64,000 nucleotides of DNA from Antedon mediterranea (GCF_964355755.1 NC_092670.1:15424795-15488794), one strand, 5' to 3'. Numbered from the stretch's first letter, positions 38,831 through 53,400 are shown. Notes: generated by a model from the letters alone, not told the origin. A program made the numbers and translations.

Positions 38831-41035
38831 TAATTGAATCAGTCTATTTAATAACCAATAATATTCTTAAAGATGAAGATCCCATCACATGCTTTGGTGT
38901 AGTACTGTTCTATGTACTCTGTATTAAATATGATTTAACCTCATCAAAGCCTACTGTTGTTGGCTACAGCATGATTCTACTTCTTCACATACTACTATTT
39001 ATACATATAAAAAGATTCTGTGTAAATTATAATAAAAACAGATTTATTTAACTTTTATTTGAACAAATTATTATTTATTGATAGGTTTAACAATATTCAT
39101 TGTCTTGAATTTTAGGCCTACATAAACGAATTTGTAGAATATATTTATTTTTTTCTGACAGCTGATATTGCATTTAAACATGAATTCTAGAGAAGTGAGA
39201 GACATTCTTGGAAAGGGTCCCCGTAATGGCAATTGTCTCTTGAATAAAGAATGGTGTTGTACTGTAAATAATATAATTGGACTTTAGTAATACTAATAGT
39301 ATGACAATACAGGGTCTCCCTTCATATTCTCCCTCCATTTTAAGAATCTCCCTCCATTAGGTGATGGACACAATATATTTCTCCTATTTCTAGAGTCATT
39401 TTATGAAAAATATATGATAACAGATAATTTTTGTGAGTACGAAGTAAAAACTGGGTTTACATCAGTTGTTCTGTTTGTCCCAAAAGTGAACTTTTATCCG
39501 CGAGTAAACTAGTCCGATTACTTCTCTAACCTTTGACCTTATTGTACTGAATAAAGAGAATTTGAAGAATACACTTATTATTCAAAAACGTTTATTTTAT
39601 TGATAAATTATACTGTTAACAAGCATGAATTATGTTGAACTCCCTCATAGTATTATCAAGTATATTGTTTTATATTTCTCATTATTCTCTGTACATATTT
39701 GTGACTCTTTGATTTTTCTGTATAAAAAGCAGAATTTTATTAGCATAATAAGTAAAAGCCATTGATGTAAATGTCGTGTATATTTGGTGATGCATAAATT
39801 AAATGTAATTAATTAAACTTTATTGAAAAGATGTAAAGAAATCTATTCAGATTTTTATTGTATTTGTAGGTTAACATTTCTGTATTTTCTTTTTGTTTAT
39901 TTTATGGTAATTTTCTTGACACAAAGCAAACTAGTTTTTAGTGTTATATACAAATATTTATGATGGAAGGAAAGATCTTTATGCAACTTTTATTACTTGC
40001 TTGTCTTGGAAAATAATATAGTTTATTGAAAAAGCAAATATTACTGGTTTTAGTATTAAATTTCCATGACACCTGGTTTTTTTAGTAATGTTATTTTTGC
40101 CATTATTTGATCGAATTGTTTAAAAATGTTTGTTATGTTCAGTTATATTCTTTGGTATTTTTTCAGTAAATCTTTAGTAGAAAATTTCTCCAACTGCGCA
40201 AGCAAGGTTCCCACTTGCGGATGCAATGCAAGTGTTGACCAATCACAAGCAAAAGTTTGGATGATCGATCGCGTCCATTTGATCAAATTACTTACGTCCT
40301 TGCGCTCCGTACAAGTGGGAAAAAAGCTTCAAGTACCTAGTTTTCACCGTTTTGTAATAAACCTTAAATAATGATCGTTTTGTGACGACGTAAGACATAG
40401 GAGTTAAGATGTTTATTTCAATTGTTATCAAGTCGTCCAACAAAATGTTGCCTTACATTTTCACTTACATTTTTGGCTGTACGATCAGCAAAATCTATTT
40501 TATAGAGGCTACGACTTCAGAGATGTTTTAGGTCTTCACAAATAAAAATCTTCTTACAAAGGTAGGCATGTAGGCTTAATGGATTGGTACTAGTTTGTGA
40601 GGTTTTTGTCTCTGTCATGTCGACTTACAAAACCACCAGAAATGACTTTGGCTTCATTACCATAAAAGTAAATTGCTTTTCTAAATTTATTTATTTTTTT
40701 TAGGCTGTGTTAGTTTAAACTTTCAAAGGAGGGACCAAATCGGATTTCATATCTTGTGTGTAATGGTATTTTTTATGCAGCTGTTATACACAAGTTTATT
40801 CAAATAAATTTAATAAAACTAAAATCAATAAAAATGTGTAATGTTATTTTCTGTTTAGCAATTGAGTGTAGAATGCAACAATCCATTGTTACGCATATAT
40901 AGCAGATTTCGACACTTTTGATTTTGAACATAACTAACAACAGGACACTCAGCTTGCCTTTTCAAGAAAGGAACAGTCCTTTGACTGCAACAGTACTGGT
41001 CATGTCACAGCCACAGATAAAACAAAATCTCTGTA

Positions 41036-44000
41036 ATACATAAGCCTATATAGCAAACGTGTTCTGCGCATGTTACTTCAATACATAGCCTAATGTGTTC
41101 TGTGCATGTTACTTCAATACATAGCCTATATAGCCTAATGTGTTCTGCGCATGTTACTTCAATACATATAATGCGTTCTGTGCATGTTACTTCAATACAT
41201 AGCCTATATAGCCTAACATGTTCTGCGCATGTTACTTCAATACATATAATGTGTTCTGCGCATGTTACTTCAATACATAGCCTATATAGCCTAACGTGTT
41301 CTGCGCATGTTACTTCAATACATATAATGCGTTCTGCGCATGTTACTTCAATACATTTAATGCGTTCTGTGCATGTTACTTCAATACATATAATGTGTTC
41401 TGCGCATGTTACTTCAATACATATAATGTGTTCTGCGCATGTTACTTCAATACATAGCCTATATAGCCTAACGTGTTCTGCGCATGTTACTTCAATACAT
41501 AGCCTATATAGCCTAACGTGTTCTGCGCATGTTACTTCAATACATAGCCTATATAGCCTAACGTGTTCTGCGCATGTTACTTCAATACATATAATGCGTT
41601 CTGCGCATGTTACTTCAATACATAGCCTATATAGCCTAATGTGTTCTGCGCATGTTACTTCAATACATATAATGCGTTCTGCGCATGTTACTTCAATACA
41701 TAGCCTATATAGCCTAACGTGTTCTGCGCATGTTACTTCAATACATAGCCTATATAGCCTAACGTGTTCTGCGCATGTTACTTCAATACATATAATGCGT
41801 TCTGCGCATGTTACTTCAATACATTGCCTATATAGCCTAACGTGTTCTGCTCATGTTACTTCAATACATATAATGCGTTCTGCGCATGTTACTTCAATAC
41901 ATTGCCTATATAGCCTAACGTGTTCTGCGCATGTTACTTCAATACATATAATGCGTTCTGCGCATGTTACTTCAATACATAGCCTATATAGCCTAACATG
42001 TTCTGCGCATGTTACTTCAATACATAGCCTATATAGCCTAACGTGTTCTGCGCATGTTACTTCAATACATAGCCTATATAGCCTAACGTGTTCTGCGCAT
42101 GTTACTTCAATACATAATGTGTTCTGCGCATGTTACTTCAATACATATAATGTGTTCTGCGCATGTTACTTCAATACATAGCCTATATAGCCTAACGTGT
42201 TCTGCGCATGTTACTTCAATACATAGCCTATATAGCCTAACGTGTTCTGCGCATGTTACACTTCACTACATATAATGCGTTCTGCACATGTTACCTCAAT
42301 ACATTGCCTATATAGCCTAAGGTGTTCTGCGCATGTTACTTCAATACATATAATGCGTTCTGCGCATGTTACTTCAATACATAGCCTATATAGCCTAATG
42401 TGTTCTGCGCATGTTACTTCAATACATAGCCTATATAGCCTAACGTGTTCTGCGCATGTTACTTCAATACATAGCCTATATAGCCTAACGTGTTCTGCGC
42501 ATGTTACTTCAATACATAGCCTATATAGCCTAACGTGTTCTGCGCATGTTACTTCAATACATAGCCTATATAGCCTAACGTGTTCTGCGCATGTTACTTC
42601 AATACATAGCCTATATAGCCTAACGTGTTCTGCGCATGTTACTTCAATACATATAATGCGTTCTGCGCATGTTACTTCAATACATAGCCTATATAGCCTA
42701 ATGTGTTCTGCGCATGTTACTTCAATACATATAATGCGTTCTGCGCATGTTACTTCAATACATAGCCTATATAGCCTAACGTGTTCTGCGCATGTTACTT
42801 CAATACATAGCCTATATAGCCTAACGTGTTCTGCGCATGTTACTTCAATACATATAATGCGTTCTGCGCATGTTACTTCAATACATAGCCTATATAGCCT
42901 AACGTGTTCTGCGCATGTTACTTCAATACATATAATGCGTTCTGCGCATGTTACTTCAATACATAGCCTATATAGCCTAACGTGTTCTGCGCATGTTACT
43001 TCAATACATAGCCTATATAGCCTAACGTGTTCTGCGCATGTTACTTCAATACATATAATGCGTTCTGCGCATGTTACTTCAATACATTGCCTATATAGCC
43101 TAACGTGTTCTGCGCATGTTACTTCAATACATATAATGCGTTCTGCGCATGTTACTTCAATACATAGCCTATATAGCCTAACATGTTCTGCGCATGTTAC
43201 TTCAATACATAGCCTATATAGCCTAACGTGTTCTGCGCATGTTACTTCAATACATAGCCTATATAGCCTAACGTGTTCTGCGCATGTTACTTCAATACAT
43301 AATGTGTTCTGCGCATGTTACTTCAATACATATAATGTGTTCTGCGCATGTTACTTCAATACATAGCCTATATAGCCTAATGTGTTCTGCGCATGTTACT
43401 TCAATACATAGCCTATATAGCCTAACGTGTTCTGCGCATGTTACACTTCACTACATATAATGCGTTCTGCACATGTTACCTCAATACATTGCCTATATAG
43501 CCTAAGGTGTTCTGCGCATGTTACTTCAATACATATAATGCGTTCTGCGCATGTTACTTCAATACATAGACTATATAGCCTAATGTATTCTGCGCATGTT
43601 ACTTCAATACATAGCCTATATAGCCTAACGTGTTCTGCGCATGTTACTTCAATACATAGCCTATATAGCCTAACGTGTTCTGCGCATGTTACTTCAATAC
43701 ATATAATGCATTCTGCGCATGTTACTTCAATACATATAATGCGTTCTGCGCATGTTACTTCAATACATATAATGCGTTCTGCGCATGTTACTTCAATACA
43801 TTGCCTATATAGCCTAACGTGTTCTGCGCATGTTACTTCAATACATATAATGCGTTCTGCGCATGTTACTTCAATACATAGCCTATATAGCCTAACGTGT
43901 TCTGCGCATGTTACTTCAATACATATAATGCGTTCTGCGCATGTTACTTCAATACATATAATGCGTTCTGCGCATGTTACTTCAATACATATAATGCGTT

Positions 44001-44781
44001 CTGCGCATGTTACTTCAATACATTGCCTATATAGCCTAACGTGTTCTGCGCATGTTACTTCAATACATATAATGCGTTCTGGGCATGTTACTTCAATACA
44101 TAGCCTATATAGCCTAACGTGTTCTGTGCATGTTACTTCAATACATATAATGCGTTCTGCGCATGTTACTTCAATACATATCCTATATAGCCTAACGTGT
44201 TCTGCGCATGTTACTTCAATACATATAATGCGTTCTGCGCATGTTACTTCAATGCATATAATGTGTTCTGCGCATGTTACTTCAATACATATAATGCGTT
44301 CTGCGCATGTTACTTCAATACATAGCCTATATAGCCTAACGTGTTTTGCGCATGTTACTTCAATACATAGCCTATATATCCTAACGTGTTCTGCGCATGT
44401 TACTTCAATACATAGCCTATATAGCCTAACGTGTTTTGCGCATGTTACTTCAATACATAGCCTATATAGCCTAACGTGTTCTGCGCATGTTACTTCAATA
44501 CATAGCCTATATAGCCTAACGTGTTCTGCGCATGTTACTTCAATACATAGCCTATATAGCCTAACGTGTTCTGCGCATGTTACTTCAATACATAGCCTAT
44601 ATAGCCTAACGTGTTCTGCGCATGTTACTTCAATACATTGCCTATTTTGCCTAACGTGTTCTGCGCATGTTACTTCAATGCATATAATGTGTTCTGCGCA
44701 TGTTACTTCAATACATATAATGTGTTCTGCGAATGTTACTATAATACATAATGTGTTCTGCGCATGTTACTTCAATACATA
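41036..44781. repeat. Satellite built from 33-bp and 45-bp variants of one core (GTTCTGCGCATGTTACTTCAATACAT), ~95 units, with a 1185-bp higher-order duplication
   Basis: The core is followed by either ATAATGC or AGCCTATATAGCCTAACGT. A diagnostic variant block (GTTACACTTCACTAC...GTTACCTC...AAGGTG) occurs at ~42250 and ~43435. Confidence 0.95.
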
Positions 44782-46643
44782 TTTTAGTCGTTAATTGGCC
44801 ATTTTTTGCTGTACATAGTAGGTCTACATGGATATTTTTTTTAAATGGCAAAATTTAGACCTTTTTTATGCCTACATACGCAGGATTACATATTGTGATC
44901 TGCGAGTTACCTCAATACGTATTTTAAACCGTAGATAATTAGCTATTTTCGAAAAAAAAATACAAGGATTTTTTTCGAAAAACGTCCATTAGGCCTATAT
45001 TCACTTTTTAAAATTCAATAATTATGCGATTATATTGCCATATATGCGCCTATATTGTTTTATCATAATCTTATAGAGCCATAGTAACTAGTTAAGTAAA
45101 AAATAAAAAGGTCGAAAATTTTCCTGTAGGCCTACTATAATACAGGAATTTTTTTCGAAAAATGGCCAAAATATCCACTTTTTAAAATTCAAAAATGATG
45201 CGATAATATTGCCATTATAGGCCTACTAATAGTACAGGGATGTTTTTACAAAAATAGCAAAATTTTGACTTCTATTTTTCTACATAACAATCATATTTAT
45301 TCGAATTATTTTTCAAGAGTTTAAGTGGGTGCGTTTACAGTATTCAAAATGATGTTCTATGGGGGGCATTTATTCAAATAAGTACAGTACCCGGAATCAC
45401 ATGTTCTGTGCATGTTACCTCAGCACATAATTCAATAAGTTTTTATAATATTTTGGTCATTTTCGACAAAATATCTGTACTATAGTACAGGGAAATTATA
45501 AAAAATTGACATGTGCAGAATCACATAATCTGTTCTGCGCATGTTACCCCAATGCATTATTATTCTTATAAGTTAATATTTTGGTCATTTTAAAAAACAG
45601 GGACATTTTAAAGAAATGGCTTCTTTTTTATAACAGGTTATTATACTATGACTATAAGATGATCATATAGCAATATTATCACATATAAATTGATTTTGGC
45701 CATTTTTCGACAAAATCTCTGTACTGTAGTACAGGGATGTTTTCGAAAACTTAACTGGTTCCTATGACTATAAAAATATGATAAACTTGTATAAGGCTGT
45801 TCATTTTGGTCATAAACCAAGTAAAGAGTTCTTTATTAATACTCAAATACAGGAATTAGTAGTAGTATCAGTAATTATAAGATTATTATCATAGCAGATA
45901 CTAGCAAATGTATACTGAATAATAAACCCATATAAAAATACTGCATTATTATTTAGAAAAATATTGGCAGAAGTGTAATTAACAAAGTAATACATTTAAT
46001 GTGATTATTAAATTAATTTTATTTTTTCCAAACTTTTTTTAATAACTTTACAAATTATGTATTTATGTATCTATATTTCAACATCTCACTTTCTATACAT
46101 CCATTCCAATACATAAATTAAATATAAATAAATGACAACCATAGTAAAACATACAACATTAACTACTACATTGAATTAAATTTGGAATAATAAATATAAA
46201 AAGTGGTCTGGTAGAGCTGATTGCACATATACATCAGACATCGGTAAGTAATATTTTAATGTTCTACGAAGAAAATAATCCATGTGATGTAAACACTGAC
46301 ACAATATAACCCATAATACTTGATAAACTGTTGCTCTTTTATGTTTAATCTTCTTTAATAGCATCAATCACATTTGTCACATTACTTAGTGTGTCTCGTT
46401 TCTAAAATAAAGAACATGAACATTTCAATTAAAAAGGCAATACTGTAGAATGTCCAACTCAATAACCTGGTCTGGCATTTATCCATATTTCTAGTTAGAA
46501 CTGGAGCTTTAATTATCGGAATAGAACCCCTCAACCACTGAGATCCAGTTGCTTTCCAATGAAACAAACTACTGTAGCAGACTGCTAGTGGCTAACCCCA
46601 ATTCACTCAGGGTTCTACATCTGTTCCACTTAATAGAGGTTCT

Positions 46644-46840
46644 TCGACCTACTCACCCTTTATAAGCATAATACAGACATTAAATATGCCGGACAATTGA
46701 AAACCAAGAAAGACATGAAACAACTTAAAGAACTAGCCAATGAAAGATCAGACTGGAAGAAACTAGTAAAAGAGATTTACGGAGCAGCCCAAGCGGAAAT
46801 GTCGGCAGACTTTTCAGCGGAAAGGCAGTAATAATATAAT
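46644..46840 (+). mobile_element. Short 5'-truncated LINE 3' end (RTE-like) with 11-bp target-site duplication
   Basis: Reads ...LKELANERSDWKKLVKEIY...ERQ*, then a (TAA)-like tail. Flanked by ATAGAGGTTCT at 46633-46643 and 46841-46851. Confidence 0.65.
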
Positions 46841-46954
46841 ATAGAGGTTCTATTATGGAATGGATCTCTATTTAAAGAAAAGCACTACAGTATGAACTTA
46901 TTAATATTTTTACTTATAACGTTCAAGACATTAAATGGTGAAGTTCCGTAGTAG

Positions 46955-47298
46955 TGATTTGCTGGTCAGGCATGCACCAGCTCGGAATCTTAGGTCTAGT
47001 AGTCTGCAACAACTTATTGTGCCTAGGTCTAGGCATTCATGGGGTGACAGGTCATTTTCTGTTGCAGCACCTCGTCTATGGAACCCATTACCATCACATA
47101 TTAGATCTAGCAAGTCTACTGATGTGTTCAAGAGGGCACTTGAGATACATCTGCTCTCGGCTGCCTTTGGAAATTTGTAAGGCGTTTTGCAAAATTTTTT
47201 GTTGTTTTTAGTTTCATGGTTGAATTTCTCATGGTTTTCACAAGCGCCTTGAGCACTTTGTGGATATGTGCGCTCTATAAATCTTATTATTATTATTA
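46955..47298 (+). mobile_element. L2-clade LINE 3' fragment
   Basis: P.RNLRS...LIVPR...GDRSFSVAAPRLWNPLP..IR...FKRALE.HL is the canonical L2 ORF2 end, followed by the L2-type tail AAGCGCCTTGAGCAC...GCGCTCTATAAAT(TTA)n. Confidence 0.85.
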
Positions 47299-47432
47299 TG
47301 CACAAATAGTTACTTTTTCAAAATCATTGACTTAAAGCAAAGATAAGATATTTTTGCTAAGCCAATTTGATCAACATGTGTTCTATAGTAACACCTGACT
47401 CTCTTAAACTACCAGAAGCATGCATTTATTTC

Positions 47433-50400
47433 TTATTCATAATTTGCAATTTTCTGAATGCATTTTGAAATGATATAAAAATGACCTACTGTACTAATCT
47501 GCCCTTTAGCACTTTTTTTACTCTTCTTTGCTTTCTTTTTGCTTGGAGAACTTGTTTGAGAATCTGATCGTCGTAGTTTACTAAGTAAATAAAAAGTATT
47601 AAATCAGACATAAATGCTTTATTAACAGTGCACAAATTAGGTACATGATTAACAGATTTTTCTAACATTAGATCATACAGATTACATCATACTTATATAC
47701 ATACATACATTGTTTGAAACCAAAAATGTCATACCTATTTAACGATAAATCATCAAGGAGGATTGAACCCTACAATTTCTGGCTATAGTTTATATAACTA
47801 AAATATACTCATTTCGTACCTATTTAGTGATGGTTCTTTATAGCTTACAACACCCGCCCGGCGACTTGTCCTTTGCCGTGGTACCACTTCACTTTCCTTA
47901 GTTGATGCCTCAGAGCTCTGGCTTACCTTCAAACAAAAAAGAAGTAATAAGACTTTTTGAATCGCTAGCATTGACAACCATACATGTTTGATAAAAAAAT
48001 GACTAGAGAAATAATATGCACAGCGCTTTGAGGTTCCACAGCATTAGACGCTTTATAAATCCAGAATATTATATTATTCTTCACCCTGTCAAAGCTAAAT
48101 TTATTTATGCTAACCTCTGAAATGGCTTTCTTCTCAGGTTCTGTTTCTTCTGTAATATCTTCTTCCACAGCTTCATGTTCCTTATCTGCATCTTTTTTTC
48201 TCACCTGCAATGTTAATCTACGACTTTTTCTCTTACTCTCAATTTTAAGCAACGATGTGTCTTGCTGTTGGGGAGCTGGGTCATCAGATGCTTTGGCGGA
48301 ACCATCTTCACCACTCTTTGATGGTTTCTTTTTCTGCTTTGAGCTTGCCTTCTTCTTGTCTGCCTTATTACTTGATTTTGTCTGTTCTTCATTTTCATCT
48401 ATGCAATTAAAAATTAATATGTAATATTGTTTTTAGCTTCCGATGTTGTTGCATGTTTTTTACCATTTTTAATTAATGTAAAATTAAGTAAATTATGCGA
48501 TTTTGATTTTTTTTCAAATAAAGAATACAAGTAAGACGTTTTCATATATTCAGGCCTTCTCTTTTAAGGAGCGAGTGCGATCACTCACCTAACCCACTCC
48601 TAAACTGCCCTTGAGGAGTGTGATTTACAACACGCCTAAATTTGGTAAACTTCTGCACACCAAAATACAAACAGCACACCTACAGCACCCCTGAATGTAT
48701 TGAGGAGTGCAATTTGTAGCACACCTACAATTTTCAAAAGACAAGGCCTGTATATTGTTGTTCATAGTTTAACTAAATAGATACTTTGTGGTATAATATA
48801 TAACAAGAAGTTCAATTGAATATATATGCTATTCAAAAATGTCAATAAAATTACCACTGCGTTTACTGCTTCTTTTATCAGTTTTCATTTTAGAACTGGA
48901 TTCTTTTACAGTTTTCTTAACCGGGACGACGTCTTCTTCACATTCATCTTCATCTGTATCCACAATACATCTCACTTTCTTTTTTTCTTTAACTTTACCT
49001 ATACCTATTAAGTTCAAAATATAACGTGGTAAAATCATTTTTCAAATTGCAAAGTTGACAAGTTTTTACTAGGCTGGGTGGAGAGGGCTGCTATAGTCGT
49101 CTCACTATACTCCACTGTGTCAATGTTAAATACTATTTCAGAAATTCTTTGGAACAGGTTATCATTCTATTCCATTTCAAACTCACTTGGTATACTTTCT
49201 TTATGAACACCCTGTTTTGACTTTGTAACATCTTTAACTTTCATCTTAACATCTTTTTTTTCATTCACATTGACTGGGGCAGCAACCTTCTTGTGCAAAT
49301 CATCTTCATTATCTGGAACACTGCTGTCAGTCTTTCTGCCCTCTTTATCTTTTTCAGTCTTTCTGCTGTCTTTTATTTTATCTACAAAAAAAACATAAAC
49401 ATGAATCAGAAGTCTCCTAAATAAAGAACCTAAAATCTTTTCTATTCTTTAAAATGTCTTTTTTTTGTATGAGATTATTCACAATCAATTTACCGCTGCG
49501 TTTACTGTTTCCTTTATCAGTTTTCATTTTAGAACCAGATTCCTTTTCTGTTTTCTTAACTGGGACAATCTCCTCTTCACATTCATCTTCATCTGTATCT
49601 ATAATACATCTCACTTTCTTTTGTTCTTTTGTACCTAGTGCCAAGTTCAAAATATGATATGGTAAATACAAATTGCAAAGTTGTTTATTTCTTACTGGGG
49701 GAGGGGTGTACAGGGCAGGTCAAGAGAAACTATAAAGATAAAGTTTTCAGAGATCTTCTATTAAACAAACAAACATTACCATTTCGTTTACTGTTTTTCT
49801 TATCAGTTTTCACTGTAGAAGAAGCTCTACTTTCCTTTTTCTTAACTTGCACGGCGTCATCTTGCATATTATAATCTTCTTCATCCGTATCACTATCAAC
49901 AATACATCTCGTAACCTTTCTTTTCAGATCTATAATTTTATCTGAATTTAACAATGTAAAAATATTAGTTCATTAGTATAAAAAAATATGTGTTTAATCT
50001 AAACTCTGCTCATGATAGATACAGATTCTACATGGGACAAGCTAGAATCTGTATCTATCATGAGCAGAGTTTAGATTAAAGACATATTTTTTTTATACTA
50101 ATGAACGTTCAATTTAACAAATATGTTCTTACCGTTACCGGTTGTCTGTGTAAATTGGCCTTAAATATATCTATTGTATACAAGTGGTTTTACCTGTAAC
50201 ATCATCTTTGTTTTCAGCAGAATTTACTGGCACACAATCCTTTTCATTCTCCTCTGAATCATCATCCTCGGTATCTGGAATAACTTGAACTTTATTAATT
50301 GAAAATTATCTTATTGTCTCTTAATATTGTACTGTTATGTATGAATACGGTGCTTTCATTTCCATGCCCCACTTGACTACAAAGTCATTCTGCATATGCT

Positions 50401-53400
50401 CAGAAACATATGAGCATGTGCAGTACGTTTTTACTCTGTGTATGGTGTGTGCGGTCAAAATGACACGTCACAAAAATGAAAGCTTCCAGTGGTGAATCAG
50501 TAAAACAAAAATACAGTAGTTCAATGGAAAGTTTTGTTAGTAGTTTAGACAAATCTATTATAGACAATCTTTATTTTAATAATTTTTTTTGTGAAGGACT
50601 AAAGCTTTGTAAAACATAGTATACCACATAAAGTTTGATAGTGTAGACAGAGCTTTAAACAGTTGTGTTTTTTCATTGTAACATTTCTGTTATGGGCGAC
50701 TTTGATCGCTGTTGGACAATGGAAGATGTTCAAATAAAATAAATAATAAATTACCTTCATCATCATCAAAAACCAAACTTGCCTCCTCTTGCTGCACCTC
50801 ATCTCCTTCATGATCTTCTTCCTCAGAAGCAAGAGAATTCAAAACAAATTTCTTTCGAGTTTTCTTTACTGGAATGTCGATGTCTGACATTACTTCAGAA
50901 TCTTCTGAATCTAACATGTCCATTATTTTTTCCATGGCATCTTCTTTTCCTAACCTCACAGCTATGGTGTTGCCTTTCTCTTTCTCAGCTTCTGGTTTTA
51001 CTTTAAACGTTCCTCTTCTCGACTTTTTACTAGAAGGTTTTTTTTCTATTATTGCATCATCTGAACTATGTTTATTAGTAATTAATTGATCATCACATTC
51101 CTTTGCAAGAAATGTTTTCTTTCGAGATGTCTTTATGGAACTTTCAGGTATCACATCTATTTCTGATTCAGAATCTTTAGCATCTATTATGTCCATTATT
51201 TTATCAATGAGGTCATCTTCTCCTTCTAAGGTCACAGGTACAACGCTACTTTCTTTTTTCTCTGCTTCCGGTTTTATTTTTAAAGTTCCTCTTTTCGACT
51301 TCTTTGATATTTTCTTATCTTTAAATGAATCAGTTGTTTTTACTGACCTTGAATGTTCATCAGTAAGGATTTGTTTGTCATTTTCTTGTGCAGCAGATTC
51401 CGAAATGTTGGCTGCCTTAATAATTTTCTTCACAGGGCAATCAAGGATCGCATTTACTTTTGGTACCCTTTTAGAATGGTTTTTATCTTCTGTAACAGCT
51501 GAACTGGCACCTTCATCCTTCTCATCTTCTTTGTTGAAAGTTCCTCTTTTTGACTTCTTAGTTTTCTTCACAGGACATTCAGAGATCGGATTTAGTTCCA
51601 CATCGGAATGGTTTTTATCTTCTGTCACAGCTGAACTGGTACCTTCATCCTTCTCATCTTCTTTGTTGAAAGTTCCTCTTCTTGACTTCTTAGTTTTCTT
51701 CACAGAACATTCAGAGATCGGATTTACTTCCACATCAGAATGGTTTTTATCTTCTGTCACAGCTGAACTGGTACATTCATCCTTCTCATTTTCCTTGTTG
51801 AAAGTTCCTCTTTTTGACTTCTTAGTTTTCTTTACAGGACATTCAGAGATCGGATTTAATTCCACATCAGAATGGTTTTTATCTTCTGTCACAGCTGAAC
51901 TGGTACCTTCATCCTTCTCATCTTCTTTGTTGGAAGTTCCTCTTCTTGACTTCTTAGTTTTCTTCACATGACATTCAGAGATCGGATTTAGTTCCACATC
52001 AGAATGGTTTTTATCTTCTGTCACAGCTGAACTGGTACCTTCATCCTTCTCATCTTCCTTGTTGAAAGTTCCTCTTTTTGACTTCTTAGTTTTCTTTACA
52101 GGACATTCAGAGATCGGATTTAATTCTACATCGGAATGGTTTTTATCTTCTGTCACAGCTGAACTGGTACCTTCATCCTTCTCATCTTCTTTGTTGAAAG
52201 TTCCTCTTTTTGACTTCTTAGTTTTCTTCACAGGACATTCAGAGATTGGATTTAGTTTCACATTGGAATGGTTTTTATCTTCTGTCACAGCTGAACTGGT
52301 ACCTTCATCCTTCTCATCTTCTTTGTTGAAAGTTCCTCTTCTTGAATTCTTAGTTTTCTTCACAGAACATTCAGAGATAGGATTTACTTCCATATTGGAA
52401 TGGTTTTTATCTTCTGTCACAGGTGAACTGGTACCTTCATCCTTCTCATCTTCTTTGTTGAAAGTTCCTCTTCTTGACTTCTTAGTTTTCTTTACAGGAC
52501 ATTCAGAGATCGGATTTAGTTCCATATTGGAATGGTTTTTATCTTCTGTCACAGGTAAACTGGTACCTTCATCCTTCTCATCTTCTTTGTTGAAAGTTCC
52601 TCTTTTTGACTTTTTAGTTTTCTTCACAGGACATTCAGAGATCGGATTTACTTCCACATCAGAATGGTTTTTATCTTCTGTCACAGCTGAACTGATACCT
52701 TCATCCTTCTCATCTTCTTTGTTGAAAGTTCCTCTTTTTGACTTCTTAGTTTTCTCCACAGGACATTCACAGATCAGATTTAGTTCCACATCGGAATTGT
52801 TTTTATCTTCTGTCAAAGCTGAACTGGTACCTTCATTTTCTAAGTTGAAAGTTCCTCTTCTTGAATTATTTGATGGCAGGAAATGTTTTTTATTTTTTGT
52901 AAGAGAAAGAGTATTGGAGCTTTCATATTTATTGCTCTTATCGTTATTTATCTGAGTATTATCTTCTGAACTTTTTTGTTCAAATGGTATATCTGGGTTC
53001 ATATCTTTAACATTTTTCAGACTCTTTCCATTTTCTGTTGTATCTGAATCATTTTCTTCTGTATAAGTTCCAGACTTACTGCTCATACTGTTACAATCTT
53101 CAGAAGGGTTTTCTTTCTGTTTTACAAATGTTGTACGTTTGTTTTCATGTTTTTTAGACTTTTTTGATTTCTCAGCTACTTCCATCCGTCTTTCAACTGT
53201 TTTTGAATAACAGCCATCATCTGCAATCACTAATGGCTGCCCAGGTACAATTTTCTTTTCTTGCTTCTCATTTATATTCTCATTATCACTGTCACTTGAT
53301 GATAATTTTTTAGGAATTTTAGTTTTTGGAACAACAAACGTGCCTCTTCGTACCACTTGATTAGTTTTGTGTTTCTTTACCTCGAGTTTGCTACTTATTA

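Noticed and set aside
41093-44794. Three long ORFs (CSAHVTSIHSLYSL repeats) and a superficial CRISPR-like repeat/spacer look
   Set aside because: Unit lengths of 33 and 45 bp are multiples of 3, so frames stay open by chance. The 'spacers' are just two recurring linkers, there are no cas genes, and the DNA is eukaryotic.
6893-45408. 12-bp inverted match TCACATGTTCTG at 6893-6904 and 45397-45408 as possible TIRs of one huge element
   Set aside because: 12-bp matches are expected by chance in 64 kb, no TSD is evident, and the interval contains an ordinary host gene.
51135-52955. Long + strand ORFs (278 and 298 aa)
   Set aside because: Antisense shadows of the Shugoshin 132-bp coding repeat.
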